Shown here one piece after another: positions 9,581 through 18,700 of a DNA stretch of 64,000 nt (the first letter of the stretch is position 1; every line of letters begins with the position of its first letter). Under the pieces are notes generated by a model. It made no database searches. It was not told the origin of the DNA and saw only the letters and a program-made list of their open reading frames with translations. The DNA lies in the NCBI GenBank assembly GCA_046754285.1, contig JBHHVJ010000015.1, forward strand, positions 78 to 64,077, given 5' to 3'. This DNA comes from Myxococcota bacterium (GTDB taxonomy: Bacteria; Myxococcota_A; UBA9160; SZUA-336). A program made the position numbers and the translations under genes.

Positions 9581-11632
9581 TCAGTCGGCAAGCCAGTGGG
9601 CCGGAATGCAAACACGTCCCGCCACCCACTCGAAGGCCGACTCCAGCCAACCCGGCTCGTGCCAGGCACGCTCGATCACGTAGGCATGGATCGCGCGAGC
9701 CTCGGACTCGTCGATCAGATCCGCGAAGCTCGCCATCCCACGAGCTTCGCGTGTACCGCCCAGGACGATCGCGATCCAGCTCTCGTGTACCTCTCGCGAC
9801 GAGAAGCGCAGATCGGGCAGCCACCCCGTGCTTCGTGCGTTGGGGCCGTGACAACGCATGCAGTGGGTGGCGTAGAGTGACTCGCCCCGTGCGATCGTCT
9901 CGTGCGACGCCTCGAGCGGCGGGGCCTCGACGCGTCCGGCGGACCGCTTCCGGACCGGAGGGAGTGGCGCGGCTCCCCCCAGCTTGTAGGCCAGCAGCCG
10001 CCCATGGTTCTCGTAGGCCATGTCAAGGTGATTGATGGCGGGCGAGCCTCCGATGCCAGCCAGGACCGCGACGAGCTGCTCACCGCCGACGCGGTAGGTG
10101 ATCGGAGGCGCCATGATCCCGACGCCGACGTGCGACTCCCAGAGCCGCACCCCCGTGTGCGCGTCGTAGGCCGAGAAGCTCCCGCCACCGTGACCCTGGA
10201 AGACCAGGTCCCCCGCCGTGGAGAGAACACCCCCGTTCACGGGGTGCTCGTGATCTACCCGCCAGGCCTCTTGCTGCCGCACGGGATCCCAGGCCTTGAG
10301 CTGGGCGGGCGCACAGATCGGCAGTCGCCAGCGCAGGAAGCGGTTGAGTGCGGGAAAGTCCTCTCCCGTGTTGAACGCCCCGGGTACGAAGCGAAACCGC
10401 TCGAGCGCGATGTAGGGGTAGCCGATCTCGAGGGACGGGATGTACACGAGGCCCGTGCGCGGGCTGTAGCTCATCGGCGGCCAGTTGTGACCACCAGGCG
10501 GACCCGGCACGACGAAGGCTCGATCGTCAGCCCACTCTGCCTCCTCCCGCTCCACCGGTCGACCCGTCCGCAGGTCCACGTGGCTGGCCCAGCTCACATG
10601 GGTGTACTTTTCGGCCGAGAGCAGCTCGCCCGTCAGGCGGTCCAGCACGTAGAAGAAGCCGTTCTTGGGGGCCTGCATCAGGACCTTGCGCACACGACCC
10701 CCGATCTCCAAGTCCGCGAGAATCATGTGCTGCGTCGCCGTGTAGTCCCAGCTCTCGCCGGGGGTCGTCTGGTAGTGCCAGACGAGCCGGCCGGTCTCGG
10801 GGCGCAGGGCCAGAATCGAGGCGAGGAAGAGGTTGTCTCCCCCTCCGGGGCTGCGGACCTTCCGGTTGTAGGGGCTGCTGTTGCCCACTCCCACGTAGAG
10901 CAGGTCGCTCTCCGGATCGTAGGCCATGGAGTCCCAGACCGTTCCGCCGAGGCCCGCCTCCCAGAGCGTGTCCTCCGGCCAGGTGGCGGCCGCCCAGGCC
11001 AGCTCGGGGTGCTCACGGGGTCGGTCCGGCGGACCGGGTACGGTGTAGAAGCGCCACAGCAGCCGACCCGACTCCGCGTCGTAGGCGCTCACGTAGCCCC
11101 GTACGCCAAACTCCGCTCCACCGTTCCCGATCACCACGCGGTCCTTCACGACGCGGGGGGCACCCGTGATCGTGTAGGCGAGCTGTGGGTCGACGGTCAG
11201 GACCTCCCAGAGCCGCTTCCCCGTGGCAGCATCGAGGGCGATCAGGCGTCCGTCGAGCGCGCCCAGGTAGACCCTCCCCTTCCAGACGGCGACGCCGCGG
11301 TTCACGACATCGCAGCAGGTCTTGCGCGCGGTGCGGCCCGGAACGCCCGGGTCGAAACGCCACAGAAGCCGACCCGTAGCGGCCTCCAGCGCATAGACCA
11401 CGCTCCAGGATCCCGTGACGTACATGACGCCGTCGACGACGATGGGCGTGGCCTCCAGCCCGCGCCGGGTTCCCGTCGAGAACGACCAGGCGAGCCCGAG
11501 CTCGGAGACATTCTCGCGGTCGATCTGTGCGAGCGGGCTGAAACGCTGCTCGGAGTACGTGCGACCGTGCACCAGCCAGGCGCCTGGCTCGGCGTCGGCC
11601 CGCAGGACCCGTGCGCTATCCACCCGGCCCAC
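9581..11632 (-). CDS. PQQ-dependent quinohemoprotein alcohol dehydrogenase (type II ADH; C-terminal cytochrome c)
   Basis: PQQ propeller N-terminus (GRTYSEQRFSPLAQI, repeated W-motifs). C-terminal CMRCHG heme-binding motif. Track start is GTG. A signal-peptide-like sequence (RRGFGLRALGASRPWILLGLALVTLG) is encoded in-frame upstream to about 11761 without a canonical start codon. Confidence 0.85.
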   Translation of the reverse strand: MGRVDSARVLRADAEPGAWLVHGRTYSEQRFSPLAQIDRENVSELGLAWSFSTGTRRGLEATPIVVDGVMYVTGSWSVVYALEAATGRLLWRFDPGVPGRTARKTCCDVVNRGVAVWKGRVYLGALDGRLIALDAATGKRLWEVLTVDPQLAYTITGAPRVVKDRVVIGNGGAEFGVRGYVSAYDAESGRLLWRFYTVPGPPDRPREHPELAWAAATWPEDTLWEAGLGGTVWDSMAYDPESDLLYVGVGNSSPYNRKVRSPGGGDNLFLASILALRPETGRLVWHYQTTPGESWDYTATQHMILADLEIGGRVRKVLMQAPKNGFFYVLDRLTGELLSAEKYTHVSWASHVDLRTGRPVEREEAEWADDRAFVVPGPPGGHNWPPMSYSPRTGLVYIPSLEIGYPYIALERFRFVPGAFNTGEDFPALNRFLRWRLPICAPAQLKAWDPVRQQEAWRVDHEHPVNGGVLSTAGDLVFQGHGGGSFSAYDAHTGVRLWESHVGVGIMAPPITYRVGGEQLVAVLAGIGGSPAINHLDMAYENHGRLLAYKLGGAAPLPPVRKRSAGRVEAPPLEASHETIARGESLYATHCMRCHGPNARSTGWLPDLRFSSREVHESWIAIVLGGTREARGMASFADLIDESEARAIHAYVIERAWHEPGWLESAFEWVAGRVCIPAHWLAD

Positions 11633-11918
11633 GCCCAGCGTGACGAGCGCCAGCCCCAGCAGGATCCACGGGCGGGACGCCCCCAGTGCCCTGAGCCCGA
11701 AGCCGCGCCTCGTCCGGCCTCCGGCACCGGCGGACTGATCCCCAACGGTTCGGATCTTCAGCCCCAGCGTCGCCCCCCCACAGATGCAAGCTCACGCGAT
11801 TCCCAGTATAAGCGAGCTAGCGCTTCCGCTCCGATCTCGGGCCGGAGCGAAGGCGACCGATCCTGACGCACGCGCGTGGGAGACTGCGTGAACGTCGGCC
11901 GGTGCCCGGGCCAGGAGA

Positions 11919-12926
11919 GTGCGCCTGATGAGCCAGCGTTACTCGCGAGTCGCGACGATCGTGCAGCTCAGTCTGCTGCTGCACCAGACCACCGAAGGGC
12001 TGACCCTGGAGCAGATCTCGGAGCGCTTCGAGGTCAGCCGAAGAACCGCCGAGCGCATGCTCGGCGCGGTGCGGGAGGCTTTCCCGGACATCAAGAGTGA
12101 GAGGGGTGAGGGGGCTCAGAAGCACTGGCGGGTGCCCCGGACCAGCCGCGCGCAGCTGCTGGTCCGCGTGCACGCGGAGGAGATCGCCGCGCTCGACAGC
12201 GCGCTCGAGCTGCTCAGACGGGACGGAAGGCCGGATCAGATCCAGGCGCTCGAAGCGCTCTTCACGAAGGTGCGTTCGATGATCATCCCGGAACGAGCGC
12301 CCAGCATCGAGACCGACGCGGAGGCGCTCCTGGAGAGCGAGGGTCTCGCGATGCGCCCCGGGCCGCGCCCACAGATCGACCTGGCCGTCGTGTCGACGCT
12401 GCGCGAGGCGCTGCTCGCATGCCGCGAGGTTCACCTGCGCTATCGCTCGCGCATCCGCAAGCGCACGAGCGAGCGCGACGTCCAGCCCTATGGCTTTCTG
12501 CTCGGGGGCCGCCACTACCTCGTCGGCTTCGACCTCGAGACCCGCGAGATTCGCGTCTTCAGCCTCTCGAACATCGAGGCCGTGGCACTGACCGACCGCG
12601 TCTACACGCGGCCCGAGAACTTCGATCTCAAGCGCTGGACCGCCCGCTCCTTCGGCGTGTTCCAGGAAAAGCCGCGGAACGTGGTCTGGCGTTTCACCCC
12701 GGCCATCGCCGACCTCGCCCGCGAGTACCGCTTCCATCCCAGCCAGACGCTCGAGGAGCAGTCCGACGGCTCCCTGATCGTCCGCTTCCGGGCCGGCGGC
12801 CTCTGGGAGATGGCCTGGCACCTCTTCCAGTGGGGCGACGGCGTGGAGATCCTCGAGCCCGCCGAGCTGCGGGATGAGCTCGTCCGCATGCTCCGCGCCT
12901 CATGCTCCGTGCACGATCCCGCGTAG
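11919..12926 (+). CDS. wHTH-WYL-WCX transcriptional regulator (BrxR/CapW/PafBC-like architecture)
   Basis: N-terminal HTH (LTLEQISERFEVSRRTAERML). WYL core YGFLLGGRHYLVGFD. Conserved C-terminal extension. GTG at 11919 with RBS CCAGGAGAG; alternative ATG at 11928. Confidence 0.8.
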   Translation: MRLMSQRYSRVATIVQLSLLLHQTTEGLTLEQISERFEVSRRTAERMLGAVREAFPDIKSERGEGAQKHWRVPRTSRAQLLVRVHAEEIAALDSALELLRRDGRPDQIQALEALFTKVRSMIIPERAPSIETDAEALLESEGLAMRPGPRPQIDLAVVSTLREALLACREVHLRYRSRIRKRTSERDVQPYGFLLGGRHYLVGFDLETREIRVFSLSNIEAVALTDRVYTRPENFDLKRWTARSFGVFQEKPRNVVWRFTPAIADLAREYRFHPSQTLEEQSDGSLIVRFRAGGLWEMAWHLFQWGDGVEILEPAELRDELVRMLRASCSVHDPA

Positions 12927-12929
12927 GAT

Positions 12930-13478
12930 TTGCCCCCGAACGAGATGACCGACGCCGCGCGCTTCCTGCCATTTGACGACACCTACTGGGTCGAGCCGGG
13001 GCGACTGCTCGCGGGGCGGCATCCGGGGGCGGACGATCCGGGTGAGCTGCGCGAGAACCTGGAGCGGCTGCTCGAGCTCGGGATCCACAGCTTCGTGGAC
13101 CTGACGGTCGAAGGTGAGCTCGAGCCCTACGACGCGGAGCTGCGACGGATCGCGGGGGAGCAGCGGCTCGATGTCACGTACATGCGGCACCCCATCGGGG
13201 ACATGTCGATTCCCCAGCGCGGTGAGATGCGCGCGATTCAGCAGACGATCGACCGCGCCCTCTCGGCCGCTCAGCCCATGTACGTGCACTGCTGGGCGGG
13301 GCTGGGAAGGACGGGAATGGTGATCGGCGTGTACCTGATCCGCCGGGGCCGGGCGACGCCCCGGAGCTTCGTTCGCGTCCTGGCCGAGCTCCGCGCCCGG
13401 CAAGCGGCCAGGGGAGCCTCGCCGCAGACGCCGGAGCAGGTGCGGTTCGTCCGGCGCTTCGCTCACGAGGGCCGCTGA
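12930..13478 (+). CDS. Dual-specificity/protein-tyrosine phosphatase-like protein
   Basis: CX5R P-loop HCWAGLGRTG. 182 aa. Starts 4 nt after the WYL regulator stop. Confidence 0.75.
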   Translation: MPPNEMTDAARFLPFDDTYWVEPGRLLAGRHPGADDPGELRENLERLLELGIHSFVDLTVEGELEPYDAELRRIAGEQRLDVTYMRHPIGDMSIPQRGEMRAIQQTIDRALSAAQPMYVHCWAGLGRTGMVIGVYLIRRGRATPRSFVRVLAELRARQAARGASPQTPEQVRFVRRFAHEGR

Positions 13479-13566
13479 GCCCAGCGCGGTACATTTTGCG
13501 CCTCTGGCGGGGGACGAACGATCCGATACGCTGCCGCCAGGCACCGAAAGGAGGGGAGGAGAGGCT

Positions 13567-14427
13567 TTGTCGATCGAGCGTGTCGGAATCATCGGTGGGG
13601 GACTGATGGGATCGGGCATCGCGGAGATCTGCGCACGTGCCAGCCTCGACGTCGTCGTCCGCGACGTGGACGAGGCCGCGCTCGAGGCCGCGCGCAGACG
13701 GATCGAGCGCTCCCTCGAGAGAGGTCTGCGGGCGGGAAAGCTCGACCGCGAGGGGCGGGACGCTGCACTCCAGAGGATCAAGCTGGTCACCGACTACGAG
13801 GCGCTGGAGGACAGGCAGCTCGTGGTGGAGGCGGTGGTGGAGGACGAGGCCACCAAGGAGGAGGTCTTTCGCGTGCTCGGGCGCGTCGTCCGCGACCCTC
13901 ACGCGATCCTCGCATCGAACACGTCGTCGATCCCGATCATGAAGCTCGCCATGGCCAGCGGTCGACCCGCGGCCATCCTCGGGATGCACTTCTTCAATCC
14001 CGTGCCCGTGCTTCAGCTGATGGAACTGGTGCCGACGCTGCTCACCGCGGTCGAGACGACCGAGCGCGCCGAGACGTTCGCGCGAGACGTGCTCGACCGA
14101 CGCGTGATTCGCTCGAAGGATCGTGCGGGCTTCATCGTGAACGCACTGCTGATTCCGTACCTGCTCTCGGCCATTCGAATGATCGAGAGCGGCTTCGCGA
14201 CGCGAGATGACATCGACGCGGGCATGGTCGAAGGCTGCAACCACCCGATGGGCCCGCTCGCGCTCGCGGATCTGATCGGACTCGACACCCTGGCGGCCGT
14301 GGCCCAGTCGCTCTACGAGGAGTTCAAGGAGCCGCTCTACGCAGCGCCACCGCTGCTCTCGAGAATGGTCGAGGCGGGGCTGCTGGGCCGCAAGACGGGC
14401 CGCGGGTTCTACGAGTACGCCCGTTGA
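13567..14427 (+). CDS. hbd: 3-hydroxybutyryl-CoA / 3-hydroxyacyl-CoA dehydrogenase
   Basis: TTG start with strong RBS AGGAGGGGAGGAG. IGGGLMGSGIA Rossmann. HFFNP motif. 286 aa. Confidence 0.85.
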   Translation: MSIERVGIIGGGLMGSGIAEICARASLDVVVRDVDEAALEAARRRIERSLERGLRAGKLDREGRDAALQRIKLVTDYEALEDRQLVVEAVVEDEATKEEVFRVLGRVVRDPHAILASNTSSIPIMKLAMASGRPAAILGMHFFNPVPVLQLMELVPTLLTAVETTERAETFARDVLDRRVIRSKDRAGFIVNALLIPYLLSAIRMIESGFATRDDIDAGMVEGCNHPMGPLALADLIGLDTLAAVAQSLYEEFKEPLYAAPPLLSRMVEAGLLGRKTGRGFYEYAR

Positions 14428-14466
14428 ACGCCATCGTGCGCTCGCCTGAGGCTCCCGCGCGCGTTC

Positions 14467-15609
14467 TCAGGCTGCCGCGCGTCGTGCCGGTCGCAAGGGC
14501 TGTGTGAGGAAGCGAAAGCGCAGAAAGCCGAGCGGGACGAGTCCGGTGGCCGTGATGGGCACGTAATTGAGGCCGCGCCGGATCAGAAAGAGAGCGATGC
14601 GCGCACAGGCGCGCGCGACCCATCCGATCTCCGCCCCGCTGCGCACGCGCTCGGGCAGCACGATGTGGCGGTAGATCAGGCGGGGGTCGTGGTAGTAGGC
14701 CCGGGCATACCGCTCGAAGTCCTGCGACCCACTCCGCGCGGGCGCCACGGCCCAGACCTCGGGAGCCACCTTGCGCTCGCGGGTCAGCTCGCGAAAGCGC
14801 TCGATGAGCTCGCGAGCGACGCCTGCACAGCTTTCCGCCGCACGGCCTGCGTCCGCGACGACCAGTACGTCGGAGCCCTGGAGGACCGAGTCGAGGCGCG
14901 CCCGACCCGCCTCGCCCATCTCCTCGAGCGAGACGACCCGCGCCACACCCGCGTTCTCGAGCTGCTCGCGAAGTGCGGCACCGAAGGGTGTCGCCGCGCC
15001 ATCGAGAGCGATCTGACGGCCCCGGAGCGTCGCTCCCGTACCCACGAGATGGTCGAAGAGCTTGATGTACGAGCTCATGTACGCCTCGGGATGGCGATGG
15101 TGGAGCCAATGGTAGGCGGGCACACAGAGGTACATCGGACGGTAGGCGGGGATCCTCGCGACCTCGACATGGTTGGGGTCCATGCCCTGGCGCGAGAGGA
15201 TGAAGAGCACCACGAGCGTCTGCAGACCGAGAGTGGTGTAGACCAGGGACGCAGGCAGGATCCAGAGCAGGCAGAGGCTGAACGAGACGTGAGTCAGGTA
15301 CTCGGGGATCACGTGGTGCACCAGGTTGGCGCGCAGGTACTCGGGGTGAAGGCGGAGATCTCGATCGAGAAAGCGGTGGTGCACCTCGTGGAGCCCGCCG
15401 AGCTGGCGCAGCACGGGCCAGCCGGAGTCATGGCAGCGATGCAGCAGATAGTGGATCGTGTCGAAGACGACGGTGGAAGCCAGAAAGACGCCGAGCGCCC
15501 CGATCACGAGGAGCAGCGCGCTCAGCGGGGCCGCAACCTGGAGCGAGAGGCCGCCGAGGGGTTCCATCGCTCCGAGAGTATAGTCCAGCCCCGGATCGCC
15601 CGGGCCCAC
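14467..15609 (-). CDS. Fatty acid hydroxylase/sterol desaturase superfamily membrane protein fused to a C-terminal soluble domain of unknown function
   Basis: Histidine boxes HYLLHRCHD, HEVHHRF, HWLHHRH in the N-terminal approx. 200 aa. The additional approx. 180-aa C-terminal domain has no assignable family. Start uncertain (alternative MEPLGG at 15567). Confidence 0.7.
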   Translation of the reverse strand: MGPGDPGLDYTLGAMEPLGGLSLQVAAPLSALLLVIGALGVFLASTVVFDTIHYLLHRCHDSGWPVLRQLGGLHEVHHRFLDRDLRLHPEYLRANLVHHVIPEYLTHVSFSLCLLWILPASLVYTTLGLQTLVVLFILSRQGMDPNHVEVARIPAYRPMYLCVPAYHWLHHRHPEAYMSSYIKLFDHLVGTGATLRGRQIALDGAATPFGAALREQLENAGVARVVSLEEMGEAGRARLDSVLQGSDVLVVADAGRAAESCAGVARELIERFRELTRERKVAPEVWAVAPARSGSQDFERYARAYYHDPRLIYRHIVLPERVRSGAEIGWVARACARIALFLIRRGLNYVPITATGLVPLGFLRFRFLTQPLRPARRAAA

Positions 15610-15613
15610 CGGG

Positions 15614-16318
15614 TCAGGCGCCCGGAAGCTCGCGATAGAAGAGAAAGAACCCGTAGAGGGAGCCGGCGGTCAGCACGTGCCAAACGGCGTGGCCTTGCAG
15701 CCAGTGGTTGGACGGATCGCAGAGCACCCGCGAGAGGTCGAGTGCGGAGCAGAGGGCCCCCGCGGCGAGCAGGCCGACGGCCACCGCGTAGAGACGGTAC
15801 GCGCCCCGCTCGCGGCAGCGGCGCCACAGAACGGTCTCCTGCGCCAGCGCGATCCCGATCAGGATCACCACCATGAGTTGGATCGGTATGCCGGCACGGA
15901 AGAGCAGCGGAAGAGCCGCGCTGCTGATCACAACGCCGACCCCGATCGCGGTCGCGAGCCGCGGCTCAGCGATCCAGCCGAGCCGCCGCGCGTTCATGCC
16001 GAGAATCAGGAAGCAGAAGACGAACATTCCGACGAAGTCGAAGAACTGGAAAAAGAAGGTGTAGGAGGCGTGGTAGACACCCGAGGCGAGGCCCAGAAAG
16101 AGGCTCGCCGGTGCGAAGAGCGCGACCGGCGATCCCGGCCGCCGGCGCGCCTGACGCCACATCACGAGCCCCAAGAGGAGGTATGCGAGGTTGCTCCAGG
16201 TGTTGGCCGGCGCCGTGATCCAGGCGCAGAGGTTCTCCTCGCACCACTTCAGGTTCGGGAGCGTCCAGCCGCTCCACGGACAGCCCGGCGGGAGAGGGGG
16301 AACGGGCGGAAGGGGCAT
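15614..16318 (-). CDS. Alkaline ceramidase (ACER/YPC1) family membrane hydrolase
   Basis: Seven-TM protein with WCEENL, NTWSNLAYLL, YHASY and HAVWHVLTA motifs typical of alkaline ceramidases. 5-nt gap to the downstream hydroxylase gene. Confidence 0.75.
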   Translation of the reverse strand: MPLPPVPPLPPGCPWSGWTLPNLKWCEENLCAWITAPANTWSNLAYLLLGLVMWRQARRRPGSPVALFAPASLFLGLASGVYHASYTFFFQFFDFVGMFVFCFLILGMNARRLGWIAEPRLATAIGVGVVISSAALPLLFRAGIPIQLMVVILIGIALAQETVLWRRCRERGAYRLYAVAVGLLAAGALCSALDLSRVLCDPSNHWLQGHAVWHVLTAGSLYGFFLFYRELPGA

Positions 16319-16340
16319 CGCGCGGATCGTCCCGACCGGC

Positions 16341-18602
16341 TCAGCGCGGCCGGTCGACGAAGATGGGCGAGGACCAGGCCCGCTCCTGGACCGGTGCCAG
16401 GCAGTCCTCGTCGAACGGCGTGCGGTAGTCGCCGTAGCAGGGCTGCGTGCGCAGCGCGCGTCCGTCGGGCCCGATCTCGGTTCGAAGGTTCGCTCCGTTG
16501 ATCGCCGGCGTCGCCTCCTGGAGGGCCCGGACGTAGTAGAGGGTGTCGCGACCGCCCTCCACGTAGTCCGGGTCCTCGAAGCGGACCGTGCAGCCGGCGG
16601 GGTCCGGCTCGCACTCGAAGCGTCGCCAGGGATCCTCGATCAAGGGCTCGACGTCCTCGCCCGGAACGGCCTGCGGCCGAATGCGCACGACCTCGAGGGC
16701 GACGATGGGATGCCGCTCGTCGCCCGGGTTGTAGCACTCCCCCCGACAGAGCCGCTCGAGCCGCTCGGGGGAGAGGCCCGCCAGGCTCTCCTCGGGACAG
16801 CCCGGCTTCTGCACGAAGGCCCCCACCGCGCGCACCTCGAAGCGAGGCGTCTCCTCGAGCGCGACCTCAGCGCCCATCGGCACGGGCCCCTCGGGACCGT
16901 TCAGGAGATCGAAGGAGAGCAGGATCCGAGGGCCACTCGTTCCGTAGACCTCGCGGCGCATCAGGGCGTCCCAGATGGCCTCACGGCTGCGCCCGTTGGC
17001 GTGGACGGCCACCAGACCGCCGGGGTAGAGAAAGCTCGTGACGCGCTCCAGGTCGGCACCCACGAACCCCCCCTGGGCCACCTCGATTCGCTGGGGGCGC
17101 TGAGGATCGCTCTCGGCGGCTCCCCGACGCCGGCGAATGGCGCGCGCATAGAAGGCCGAGCGTGGGCCCGCCGCCTCCGTCATGCGACGACGGTCGAACT
17201 GCTTGTAGCCAGTCCCGGGACGCGCACCGTGATTGTCGCTCGAGGCGAGAAAACCGTAGCGATAGCGGAGCGGCCGCCCGGCGGCGTCGGTTTGCTCGAA
17301 ATTCGACAGAGCCATCGCGTACTGGACCGAGCCCCGCGGCCGGTAGCTCAGGGACGGCTTGAAGCAGTCGCGACACTGGCCACAGTCGAGCCAGTCCTCT
17401 GCGGTCGTGTCCGGAAACACGAGGTGGGACAAGGCCCCGGCCTCCAGCGCCAGACGCCGGGCCTCCTTGACACGCGCCTCGCACTCGACGTCACTGAGCC
17501 CCTCACAGCGCTGACGCATGATCTCGCCCGCCTGCCAGCAGCACGGCAGGTAGTCCGGCGTGGGCTCCGGGCAGACCGCCTGACCCTCCTCATCGATCTC
17601 GAGCTCTCGCCAGCTGCGGTACTCCTCGGAGTTGCCATGGCCCGACATAATCTCGATCAGCCGCTGTCGCTCAGGATCGTGGACGGGCTTGCGCAGCTTG
17701 GGCTCCCAGCTCGCGCCGGGGGGCGTGTAGAGGCCCCAGGTATTTCCGTGGGGGATCACGAGCACGTCCAGACCCCACTCGGCCAGCTTCCGGTACAGGA
17801 CCTGCGGAACCGGGGCGTTCTCGTGACAGTCAAGCGGGAGGTCACGCGTGTCGACATCGCGGGGGCAGCGTGGGGTTTCCATGAGCCGCTCGATCAGCCA
17901 GATGAAGCGCGAATAGTCGGGCCAGTGGAGCGGATCCAGCCAGCGCAGAGCCCGAGTCGCGTCGAGGCCCGCGAAGAGCCCGAGACCCTCGTCGGGAAGT
18001 GAGCTGATCGGCCGTGCCGGAAGCTGATCGTCCTGCGTGCCGGGAAAGATCACGTTCTTGTGCCCGTAGTGGCTCTCGGGCGTGGGGCCGACCTGCGTCC
18101 ACTCGAAGCCGAGGTAGGCGACCAGATCGGGATCACGCGGATCGCCCGCCCGCGCGTTGCACTGCCGGATGCTCTCCTTCTCGAGGGCCCAGTGCTCGGC
18201 GGTGATCGACTCGGCGTGATCGGTCAACGCATAGAAGTCCAACTCCGCGCAGTAGCGGGCGAAGTCGCAGGCGTCGGCCGGCGGATGCGAGCCCTCGCCC
18301 TGGAAGACCGGCAGCGAGAAGAGGAAGGCATCGATCGAGTAGGTCGTGTGCACGTGCAGATCGCCGAAGAGAATCTGTCGCGCGGGCAGCGGGCGTGGCG
18401 CACCCGCGCGAGCCGCGAGCTGCTCACCCGCGAGTTGCTGGGCCCGGGACCGGGCCTCCTGCACGGCCGCGGGGCGTCGCTCACCCTCGATGCGGCCGAC
18501 GGGTTGGTCGCCTCCCTTGCACGCACCGAGCCACACGCCCACGGCGAGAGCGATCGGGACGAAGCCGACAGGCGCCCGCCTCGAGATTCCGTGCGGGACC
18601 AT
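16341..18602 (-). CDS. DUF3604 family lipoprotein
   Basis: Start trimmed to MVPHG... with lipoprotein signal IALAVGVWLGAC. Conserved DUF3604-like block LFGDLHVHTTYSIDAF. About 753 aa. 22-nt gap to ceramidase gene. Confidence 0.65.
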   Translation of the reverse strand: MVPHGISRRAPVGFVPIALAVGVWLGACKGGDQPVGRIEGERRPAAVQEARSRAQQLAGEQLAARAGAPRPLPARQILFGDLHVHTTYSIDAFLFSLPVFQGEGSHPPADACDFARYCAELDFYALTDHAESITAEHWALEKESIRQCNARAGDPRDPDLVAYLGFEWTQVGPTPESHYGHKNVIFPGTQDDQLPARPISSLPDEGLGLFAGLDATRALRWLDPLHWPDYSRFIWLIERLMETPRCPRDVDTRDLPLDCHENAPVPQVLYRKLAEWGLDVLVIPHGNTWGLYTPPGASWEPKLRKPVHDPERQRLIEIMSGHGNSEEYRSWRELEIDEEGQAVCPEPTPDYLPCCWQAGEIMRQRCEGLSDVECEARVKEARRLALEAGALSHLVFPDTTAEDWLDCGQCRDCFKPSLSYRPRGSVQYAMALSNFEQTDAAGRPLRYRYGFLASSDNHGARPGTGYKQFDRRRMTEAAGPRSAFYARAIRRRRGAAESDPQRPQRIEVAQGGFVGADLERVTSFLYPGGLVAVHANGRSREAIWDALMRREVYGTSGPRILLSFDLLNGPEGPVPMGAEVALEETPRFEVRAVGAFVQKPGCPEESLAGLSPERLERLCRGECYNPGDERHPIVALEVVRIRPQAVPGEDVEPLIEDPWRRFECEPDPAGCTVRFEDPDYVEGGRDTLYYVRALQEATPAINGANLRTEIGPDGRALRTQPCYGDYRTPFDEDCLAPVQERAWSSPIFVDRPR

Positions 18603-18700
18603 CGGACCCCCCTCTCCCACGTGTTGCCGTCGCACCGCCCCACTCCGGCCGACTGGGAACGAACGGGCGTCGGTAAGCTTACCTGGACCGGCCCGGAAAC

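Noticed and set aside
8467-9669. 400-aa minus-strand ORF
   Set aside because: Antisense to lipoprotein gene 8416..9573 (which has a good RBS and lipobox). Composition R/G/A-rich.
9902-11866. 654-aa plus-strand ORF
   Set aside because: Antisense to the quinohemoprotein ADH, which has unambiguous PQQ and CxxCH motifs.
12900-14244. 296- and 356-aa minus-strand ORFs
   Set aside because: Antisense to the phosphatase and hbd genes. Low-complexity translations.
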